From the NCBI GenBank assembly GCA_934660865.1, contig CAKUIA010000007.1:30001-62000 (forward strand): a stretch of DNA of 32,000 nt. Reading direction: 5' to 3'. Position numbers and translations under genes: made by a program. Under the pieces are notes generated by a model. That model was given only the letters and a program-made list of their open reading frames with translations. It had not been told where the DNA came from and made no database searches. The DNA is from an uncultured Opitutales bacterium (GTDB lineage Bacteria; Verrucomicrobiota; Verrucomicrobiia; Opitutales; Intestinicryptomonadaceae). Every line of letters starts with the position of its first letter. The first letter of the stretch is position 1. Below, one piece after another: positions 26,064-32,000 of this stretch.

Positions 26064-26963
26064 TCAGTTTTCAAGACAGTTTTTTGCGAAATACTGCAAT
26101 GCCTTGTAGCACAGCTTTGCGGAAGTGTCTTTTTTTGCGTTTTCGACATACACGGCAACCGCAGCATTGTCGAACAAAGCCAAAACAAAGCCATTGTTGC
26201 CGCGCGAATACGAGAACACCCTGCATTTTGCACCGGCTACCGAAAAATCTTTGCCCAAATCTTTTTGTCCAGATTTTATACTTTCGGCCATCAAAAAGCA
26301 CAAGTCTTTGGCACTTAAGCTAAAATCAAAAACAAAATCAATTAGGGTCGCATTGCCGTTCGTTTCCAGCGATGGGTATTTTTTGCCCAAAAGCTCTTGC
26401 GGCATAAGGCAAAACTTTTGCCCGTAATCGGCAAAGCTTTTATACTTTGCATAGCACATTGCGCAATACGCCAGCGTTGCCGACAACCTGTTTTCGCGCA
26501 AAGTTGCGCTTTTTTCGGCGGGCGAATTTTGCATTTGCTTTGCGTACGAAAACAGAAAATCCAAATCGCCGTCTTTCGGGAAAGTTTTTGCGGTTTGGCC
26601 ATTTACCGAAACTTTGCCGCTTAAAAGGTCGTTAAAGGTTAAATTTTCGCCGCACAAGCCCGCAAAATACCCGCATAAATCGGCAAGTTTTTTGTTTCTA
26701 AACTTTTTGCCCGAATCTTCCAAAGCGCCGGCGCACTCGTCTATAAGCAAAAGCGAGGCCGCGCCTACGGCTACGGGCCTGTCGTAGTTGCCGTTGCCCG
26801 CAATGCGCAGGTTTTCGTTGGCTACCATACATGCAATGCCCGTGGCCGAATTGCACTTCAGCAAAACATCGAAATACGCCGAAAAGTCTCCAAAGCCCAA
26901 GCCTTCGGCAAAAGACGAAAATGCCCAAAACGCCGAAAGCACGAAAGCGACAAGCCTTTTCAT
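26064..26963 (-). CDS. secreted hypothetical protein (299 aa)
   Basis: It has a signal peptide MKRLVAFVLSAFWAFSSFAEG. The start lies 1 nt after the upstream SDR gene stop. There is a faint resemblance to the serine-hydrolase/beta-lactamase fold (..VGAASLLL.., LTFNDLLS) but no S-x-x-K motif. Confidence 0.5.
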   Translation of the reverse strand: MKRLVAFVLSAFWAFSSFAEGLGFGDFSAYFDVLLKCNSATGIACMVANENLRIAGNGNYDRPVAVGAASLLLIDECAGALEDSGKKFRNKKLADLCGYFAGLCGENLTFNDLLSGKVSVNGQTAKTFPKDGDLDFLFSYAKQMQNSPAEKSATLRENRLSATLAYCAMCYAKYKSFADYGQKFCLMPQELLGKKYPSLETNGNATLIDFVFDFSLSAKDLCFLMAESIKSGQKDLGKDFSVAGAKCRVFSYSRGNNGFVLALFDNAAVAVYVENAKKDTSAKLCYKALQYFAKNCLEN

Positions 26964-26964
26964 A

Positions 26965-27900
26965 TCAATCTATTTTATAGCGTTTTACCGCCCTTTTGCC
27001 CGTCTTTTCAAAATACCAGTTTTCGCACGAGGCGGGAACTTTCATCTCCGACAAAATTTCGTCGAATTGCAGCGGGCGCGTCTTGATTTTCCCGTATAGA
27101 TCGAAGCAGTCTAAAGACAAGTCTACGGGTCTTTCAAGCTCGGTTTTGTTTACAAATTCGTTTACGTCCAGCGAAAAGTGTTCGCAAATTCGGCGGGCTA
27201 TGTCGTAGCGGCTAAGGCTTTCGCTGCCGCAAAAATGGTGTATGCCCGTAATCGAAGTTCTTTCGCAAAGCTCAACTAAAACATCGGCCACGTTCTTCGC
27301 CGACGACGGCCTTCTTATGTCGTTTGCGGGCGCGTCTATTTTCCGCCCCGAAGCCCAGGCCATAAAATGCTTTTCGTTTAGCGAGCGGTTGCCCGCAAGC
27401 CCGTTGCCGCAAACATGGGTAATCCTTAAAACCACGCTGTTTTTTGCGGCGGCCGCCAGCACCTTTTTTTCGGCAATAAGCTTCATTTGCCCGTAAAGGT
27501 TAAAGGGCATCGGCATATCGGTAAATATATAGGGCGCCTTTGTACCGTCGAAAACCATATCGGTAGACAAATGCAAAAAGCGCGCCGAAACGTGGAATGC
27601 CATTTGCGCCAGGCGCTCGGGAAGGTCTATGTTAAGTTTTTTCGCCAAATCGACGTTTTTGTCGACCACCGACGGGCTCGATATTGCCGCGCAGTTTACT
27701 ATTGCGTCGGGGAACATATCCAAAACCATTCTCTGGACGGCGTTTGTATCCCTTAAATCGCAGCGTACCGAAGTAAGATTTTTCCTTTCGGGCAGCGCAA
27801 GGCGGTCGTACAAAGCGACAACCTTATGCCCTCTTTCCAAAGCCTGGTTCACAAAATTCCAGCCAACCAAGCCCGATGCTCCTGTGCAAATTATCAACAT
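26965..27900 (-). CDS. SDR-family NAD(P)-dependent reductase, RmlD (dTDP-4-dehydrorhamnose reductase)-like
   Basis: It has the Rossmann motif CTGASGLVGWNF, then NCAAIS, HLSTDMVFDG and the catalytic Y-x-x-x-K (YGQMKLIAEK). The length is 311 aa. Confidence 0.7.
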   Translation of the reverse strand: MLIICTGASGLVGWNFVNQALERGHKVVALYDRLALPERKNLTSVRCDLRDTNAVQRMVLDMFPDAIVNCAAISSPSVVDKNVDLAKKLNIDLPERLAQMAFHVSARFLHLSTDMVFDGTKAPYIFTDMPMPFNLYGQMKLIAEKKVLAAAAKNSVVLRITHVCGNGLAGNRSLNEKHFMAWASGRKIDAPANDIRRPSSAKNVADVLVELCERTSITGIHHFCGSESLSRYDIARRICEHFSLDVNEFVNKTELERPVDLSLDCFDLYGKIKTRPLQFDEILSEMKVPASCENWYFEKTGKRAVKRYKID

Positions 27901-27932
27901 AGTAATTCAATGCTTAAATATTTTATCTTAAC

Positions 27933-27960
27933 TTGCAAATCCTAAATTTATTTCAATAAT
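27933..27960 (+). promoter_or_regulatory. candidate sigma70-type promoter for hisC
   Basis: TTGCAA (27933-27938), a 16-nt spacer and AATAAT (27955-27960). The ATG at 27972 is only 11 nt past the -10 element, and no SD is visible. Confidence 0.3.
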
Positions 27961-27971
27961 GGTCTCTTATT

Positions 27972-29060
27972 ATGAAACTGGAAAATATTTTAAGACCCTC
28001 TATTTTAAAACAGCCGCAATATGTTGCGGGCAAACCCATAGAATACGTTGCAAGGGAATTCGGACTAGACCCCGACAATATCCTTAAAATGGCCTCGAAC
28101 GAAAACCCGCTGGGGCCTTCGCCCAAAGCGGTTGCTGCCCTCGCCGAAGAGGCAAAAAAACTTAATTATTACCCCGACTCTGGCTGCTTCGATCTAAGGC
28201 AAAAGCTCGCCAAAAGACTTGGGCTTAAACCCGAACAGTTCATATTCGGCAACGGCTCGAACGAAATTTTAGAGCTTATAGCCCACACCTTTTTGGAAAA
28301 GGGAACAAACGCGGTTTTCGGCGCGCAGTCGTTTATAGTATACAAACTTTCCACCATGCTTATGGACGCCGAGTGCCGCGCCGTTGAAATGCCCAACCTT
28401 AGGTACGACTACAACCTTTTGCTTAAGGCCGTAGACGAAAACACAAGGGTTGTGTTTATCGCAAGCCCCAACAACCCCACGGGCACAAACACTTCGCAGG
28501 AAGAGCTAGACGACTTTATTTCGAAGCTGCCCGACACCTGCGTATTGGTGTTCGACGCCGCCTACACCGAATTTGAAGACAAGCCCCTAGACCTTAAAAA
28601 ACACGTTTTGGCGGGCAAAAAAGTGATAAGCGCGCACACGTTTTCGAAGATATACGGCTTGGCCGGCCTACGCGTAGGCTACGCATTTACCACCGAAGAA
28701 ATCGCCTCGTATATACAGAGAACAAAAGAGCCTTTCAATGTAAACTCTTTGGCGCAAAAGGCCGCCATTGCCGCTTTGGACGACGACGAATTTGTAAACA
28801 AAAGCCGCACCATAAACAAAGAGCAAAAGGCGATTATTGCCAAAGCCTTTAAGGAATGGAATTTGGAATTTATCGCGGAAGGCGCAAACTTTGTAATGGT
28901 GAAAGTTAAAGACGCATTAAAGAAATTTGAGGCTTTGGAAAAGGTCGGCATAATCGTGCGCCCCAACGTTGGCTACGGCCTGCCCGACTGGCTTAGAATA
29001 ACGGTGGGCACCCCCGAACAAAACGAAAGGTTTTTAAGGGAGTTTAAAAAGCTCTTGTAG
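27972..29060 (+). CDS. hisC: histidinol-phosphate aminotransferase
   Basis: It has MASNENPLGPSP, IASPNNPTGT and the PLP lysine in HTFSKIYGLAGLRVGY. The length is 362 aa. Confidence 0.9.
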   Translation: MKLENILRPSILKQPQYVAGKPIEYVAREFGLDPDNILKMASNENPLGPSPKAVAALAEEAKKLNYYPDSGCFDLRQKLAKRLGLKPEQFIFGNGSNEILELIAHTFLEKGTNAVFGAQSFIVYKLSTMLMDAECRAVEMPNLRYDYNLLLKAVDENTRVVFIASPNNPTGTNTSQEELDDFISKLPDTCVLVFDAAYTEFEDKPLDLKKHVLAGKKVISAHTFSKIYGLAGLRVGYAFTTEEIASYIQRTKEPFNVNSLAQKAAIAALDDDEFVNKSRTINKEQKAIIAKAFKEWNLEFIAEGANFVMVKVKDALKKFEALEKVGIIVRPNVGYGLPDWLRITVGTPEQNERFLREFKKLL

Positions 29061-29065
29061 TTTTT

Positions 29066-30364
29066 ATGAACTGGCTTTTGATTGCGGCAAGTTTTTTGGG
29101 CGTTGCTTTGTGCTGCGCATTCTCGTTTGCGCTAAGCGGGCTTAGGTTTGCGCTTGCAAAGCTTAAATTTGCGGGGGCAAACGACAAAAAATTTCCGCAA
29201 ACAAGGGCCGAAAAGTTTTTGCTGGAAAAATCGCGCGAAGCCTCCATTGCGGTAAGCATGGCAACAAAGCTTTCGTTCGCGCTGAGCGGGCTTTTTGTGT
29301 TTTCGGGGCTTGCAAAGCTGGCGGAGATTTTTTCGGTCGGACTTTCCGCGGGGCAAAACGCGCTGCTTGTTGCGTTTTCGTTTGTAGTTGCAACCTTTTT
29401 GCAATACTGCCTCGCCGAAATGCCCGCCTGCTACTATGCAAGCGCCTATCCCGAAAAAACGCTTTCGCTTTCGGCAAAGCCGTTCTTTTTTGTGTTCGCG
29501 CTTTTAGCCCCCTTCGAATTTGCCTCGCGCAAGCTTGCGTGCAAAATTTTCGGCAAAAAGATTGAAACCGAGCTCGACTCTTTCGACTACATAGACGTAG
29601 ACGTAAAACTGCGCGCCGAAGAAAACGAAACGGGACAGCTCGGTTGCGTAGAGGAAAGCATTGTAAAAAACACGATGCGCCTTAACGATTTGGAGGTTTT
29701 CGACGTAATGATTCCGCGAAACGAGGCCTCGTTTATAAATTTAAACGACCCTTTTGAACAGAATATGGCAATGATACGCCAAACGCGGCACATACGCTAC
29801 CCCATTTGCAACGGCGATTTGGACAAATGCGAGGGCTTTTTGCACATAAAAGACATAGCCGTTCTCCCCGTAAGCAACAACGACTTTCTTTCGCTAAGGA
29901 GGGAAATCCTTAAAATAAACGAAAACGAACGCATATCCGAGGCGTTTTCGATATTCAAGGAAAGCAAATCAAAAATAGCCCTTGTATTGGACGAGTTCGG
30001 AGGGGCTTCGGGCATACTTACGCTCGACTGCATTGTCGAGGCCGTGATAGGCAATATGCGCGACGAGTTCGACAAAAACGGCCAAAAATCGGCGCAAAAG
30101 GTGGGCGAAAACAGCTACCAAACCGACGGGCTAAAGCCTTTAAGGGAGTTTTCGTCGGAAACGGGCATAGAGATAGACTCCGACACGTCGACAACCATAG
30201 GCGGGCTTGTTACCGAAATTTTGGGACGTTTCCCCAAAGCGGGCGAAACGGTAAAAGTTCCCGACACAAACGTTTTTATAAAAATAAAAAGTTTGGAAAA
30301 AACGCGCGTGGGCTTGTGCGTTATTACGCAAAAAGAACCCGAAGAAAGCGATTCGGAAAACTAG
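29066..30364 (+). CDS. CNNM/DUF21-CBS-CorC_HlyC family membrane protein (hemolysin/Mg-Co efflux-like)
   Basis: It has an N-terminal ~4 TM domain, a tandem CBS region (VMIPRNE..., LHIKDI..) and a C-terminal CorC_HlyC pattern YQTDGLKPLREF...TIGGLVTEILGRFPKAGETV. It lies 5 nt downstream of hisC. Confidence 0.85.
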   Translation: MNWLLIAASFLGVALCCAFSFALSGLRFALAKLKFAGANDKKFPQTRAEKFLLEKSREASIAVSMATKLSFALSGLFVFSGLAKLAEIFSVGLSAGQNALLVAFSFVVATFLQYCLAEMPACYYASAYPEKTLSLSAKPFFFVFALLAPFEFASRKLACKIFGKKIETELDSFDYIDVDVKLRAEENETGQLGCVEESIVKNTMRLNDLEVFDVMIPRNEASFINLNDPFEQNMAMIRQTRHIRYPICNGDLDKCEGFLHIKDIAVLPVSNNDFLSLRREILKINENERISEAFSIFKESKSKIALVLDEFGGASGILTLDCIVEAVIGNMRDEFDKNGQKSAQKVGENSYQTDGLKPLREFSSETGIEIDSDTSTTIGGLVTEILGRFPKAGETVKVPDTNVFIKIKSLEKTRVGLCVITQKEPEESDSEN

Positions 30365-30386
30365 AAAAAACGGAGCTTAACCCCGC

Positions 30387-30419
30387 AAAAAAATCCGCAA
30401 CTTAAATTGCGGATTTTTT
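30387..30419. terminator. bidirectional rho-independent terminator
   Basis: AATCCGCAA (30392-30400) pairs with TTGCGGATT (30407-30415) around a 6-nt loop. An A-run lies upstream and T6 downstream. It sits between convergent genes. Confidence 0.7.
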
Positions 30420-30450
30420 GTCTCACATAAATTCGCCGAAGCTTTGCCGC

Positions 30451-30804
30451 CTATTTTTTAAGCGAGTCTATATACTTCCAAAAATTGTCCTCCTGCTCGA
30501 CAAGCGTCTCTTCCTTAAAGGGAAGCTTAAAGCGGAACACAAAGTCGGCAATGGTGTGCTGGTGCAATGCCCAATTTGCGAAAATCTTGCCGTCCTTAAT
30601 CTCGAAATATATGCGGTACTCGCCCGCTCTAAGCCTGTAGAACTCTTTGCCCGAACGCCTTACCTTGCCTATATTCGGGCATTTGTCGTTCAGCAAATCG
30701 TCGGCGTTTACCGAGCTTAAAACGTCCATAATTTCCAACTGGGAAAGCTTGTCCATTTTGTTTAGCTCGCCCATGCACTGGTCGCTGAAGATTACCTGAA
30801 ACAT
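30451..30804 (-). CDS. RelE/ParE-superfamily toxin-like protein with C-terminal extension (117 aa)
   Basis: I prefer the ATG at 30804 (MFQVIFSDQCMGELNKM...). The core FYRLRAGEYRIYFEIKDGKI is the classic RelE/ParE/HigB-type (K)LR(V)G(D)YR(I)IY motif. About 33 extra residues follow the core. Confidence 0.6.
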   Translation of the reverse strand: MFQVIFSDQCMGELNKMDKLSQLEIMDVLSSVNADDLLNDKCPNIGKVRRSGKEFYRLRAGEYRIYFEIKDGKIFANWALHQHTIADFVFRFKLPFKEETLVEQEDNFWKYIDSLKK

Positions 30805-30935
30805 AATAGAAAAAGCAAAACGCAAAGCGCGCAATAATTCAACCTTTTTTTAAACCCTTTAAAGTTTTTATTTTTTTGAAACATTTAAGCGGCGTTTTCG
30901 TTTTAACATATCGAACAAATCAAACAAAAACAAAT

Positions 30936-31589
30936 ATGAATATCAAAACTCCCATTACCCTGACGCTTGCAATGTTTGCAGCCGCGCTTTTTGCGCAGGA
31001 CACCCCACCGTCCAAACCCGAAACAAACGCGAAAATGCTTAAGATGTTCGACAAAGACGGCGACGGCGTTTTAAGCGAAAGCGAGCGCAAGGCCGCAGGC
31101 GAAGCCATAAAAGAGCGCGAAGAAAAGATGAAACAAATGCTTTTAAAGCGCGCCTCGCTTATAGTTAAAAAATACGACAAAGACGGCGACGGCAAGCTTT
31201 CGGAAAGCGAATTGGCTACATTTTTAGAGAATTCGCACAGGTTCGGCCGCCCGCAAAGACAGCCGAAGCTTTCGCCCGAAACAATTAAAAAATACGACAA
31301 AGACGGCGACGGCAAGCTTTCCAGAGACGAAATGAAGGCCCTGCGCGAAGACGTCGAAAAGATGTTCAAAGAGCTTAAAAAGAAGTACGACAAAGACGGC
31401 GACGGCAAGCTTTCCAGAGACGAGCGCAAAAAAATGATAGAGGAAAACCCCGAATTGTTTAAATCCGTTCCCCCGCCGCCTCCGCCCGACAGGTTTAGGC
31501 AAAGGCAAAACGGCGAAATGCCTCCGCCACCGCCCCCGCAGGCACAAGACGGCAATTTGCCTCCGCCTCCTCCGCCTTTAGGCGAGTAA
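30936..31589 (+). CDS. secreted EF-hand calcium-binding repeat protein with polyproline C-terminus
   Basis: I prefer the ATG at 30936 (signal peptide MNIKTPITLTLAMFAAALFA/QD). There are four canonical 12-residue EF loops (DKDGDGVLSESE, DKDGDGKLSESE and 2x DKDGDGKLSRDE). The C-terminus carries three PPPPPP runs. Confidence 0.8.
   Translation: MNIKTPITLTLAMFAAALFAQDTPPSKPETNAKMLKMFDKDGDGVLSESERKAAGEAIKEREEKMKQMLLKRASLIVKKYDKDGDGKLSESELATFLENSHRFGRPQRQPKLSPETIKKYDKDGDGKLSRDEMKALREDVEKMFKELKKKYDKDGDGKLSRDERKKMIEENPELFKSVPPPPPPDRFRQRQNGEMPPPPPPQAQDGNLPPPPPPLGE
31165..31423 (+). repeat. intragenic DNA-identical repeats encoding EF-hand units
   Basis: The 37-nt sequence TTAAAAAATACGACAAAGACGGCGACGGCAAGCTTTC occurs at 31165 and 31285, exactly 120 nt apart. 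The 38-nt sequence TACGACAAAGACGGCGACGGCAAGCTTTCCAGAGACGA occurs at 31293 and 31386, 93 nt apart. A more diverged copy lies at 31050. Confidence 0.9.
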
Positions 31590-31610
31590 AACAAAGAGGC
31601 AAAAAAAAGC

Positions 31611-31638
31611 AAAACCCCGCAAAAATGCGGGGTTTTTT
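31611..31638. terminator. bidirectional rho-independent terminator
   Basis: AAAACCCCGC pairs with GCGGGGTTTT around a 6-nt loop. An A8 run lies upstream and T6 downstream. It sits between the convergent EF-hand gene and pyrE. Confidence 0.75.
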
Positions 31639-31660
31639 GTATTCAAAAAGTTCCTTAAAA

Positions 31661-32000
31661 TTACGAACCGGGGTGAACCGCCTTTATGGCCTTAAGCGAT
31701 TCTGGCAATGCGTCGGGCTCGTAGGTGGGGAACGAAAATTCCAAAAGCGAAACGCAGTCTACCTCGAACTTTGCCTTGCCCTGGCTTCGGTCTACCAAAA
31801 CGGCAACGCCTACGGGAGTTGCCCCGTTTTCCTTTACAATGTTTATACATTCGTCCACACGGCCGCCGCGGGTTATAACATCTTCTACAATCAGGGTTTT
31901 TTCGCCCTTTTCAAACTTAAAGTTTCGGCGCAGGCAAAGCTTGTTGTTTTCCTTTTCGGCAAACAAAAAACGCGCGTTTGCCTGGCGCGCCATTTCCTGC
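31661..32000 (-). CDS. pyrE: orotate phosphoribosyltransferase (5'-truncated by window edge)
   Basis: It has the PRPP-binding motif KTLIVEDVITRGGR followed by GVAVLVDRS. The frame stays open beyond the apparent ATG at 31993 to the window end. Confidence 0.8.
   Translation of the reverse strand, partial: QEMARQANARFLFAEKENNKLCLRRNFKFEKGEKTLIVEDVITRGGRVDECINIVKENGATPVGVAVLVDRSQGKAKFEVDCVSLLEFSFPTYEPDALPESLKAIKAVHPGS

Noticed and set aside
30418-30720. A 100-aa + strand ORF overlapping the RelE-like gene, considered as a possible antitoxin.
   Set aside because: It is entirely antisense to the toxin ORF and starts inside the terminator. Its hydrophobic, low-information sequence has no DNA-binding (RHH/HTH/AbrB-like) pattern.
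31047-31430. Regularly spaced ~37-nt identical repeats, considered as a CRISPR-like or non-coding tandem array.
   Set aside because: The repeats are in frame within one ORF and encode EF-hand loops. The spacing is irregular (120 and 93 nt), and the spacers encode coherent charged helices.
7148-32000. A search of the non-phage part for defence or mobile systems: restriction-modification, CBASS, retron/RT, Gabija, Septu or Zorya-like ATPase/nuclease pairs, CRISPR-Cas, integrases and transposases.
   Set aside because: Every ORF above 100 aa is either a recognisable housekeeping or envelope gene or a single orphan without nuclease, helicase, RT or P-loop motifs that I can see. The only toxin-like element is the solitary RelE-like gene.

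Overview
This window is 32 kb of a diderm (Gram-negative-type) bacterial chromosome. It is about 50% GC by eye, has a strong TCG/TTTCG/CGAAAA k-mer signature and encodes Cys-rich proteins. I cannot assign a phylum from the sequence alone. The left 7.1 kb (+ strand) is the distal part of a phage-derived structural module. It holds an edge-truncated DUF935/Mu gp29-type portal, a Mu gpI-type protease/scaffold, a DUF2190-like decoration protein, a lambda-gpE-type major capsid protein and gp36-/gp37-like neck proteins. Four unrecognisable ORFs follow (134, 45, 569 and 214 aa), and the module ends at a strong bidirectional terminator. No tape-measure, sheath, lysis or integration gene is visible on this side, which is the most unusual thing in the window. 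From 7.1 to 27.9 kb, sixteen genes all lie on the - strand. They are an RND efflux operon (adaptor, pump, OM lipoprotein), a 565-aa orphan with basic KPF-type repeats and acidic tails, a nadE-hemL-GT-C glycosyltransferase operon, a TPR protein, and an envelope/chromosome operon (RmlD-like SDR, secreted orphan, LptD-like protein, scpA, 78-aa orphan, glmM). The right 4 kb carries a hisC-CNNM/CorC operon, a solitary RelE/ParE-like toxin, a secreted 4x EF-hand/polyproline protein with DNA-identical internal repeats, and the 3' part of pyrE. I saw no rRNA, tRNA, CRISPR array, transposase or recognisable defence system. I cannot point to an unambiguous new multi-gene system. The best follow-up candidates are the apparently tail-less phage module and the 565-aa orphan. 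All family assignments come from remembered motif patterns, not from searches.
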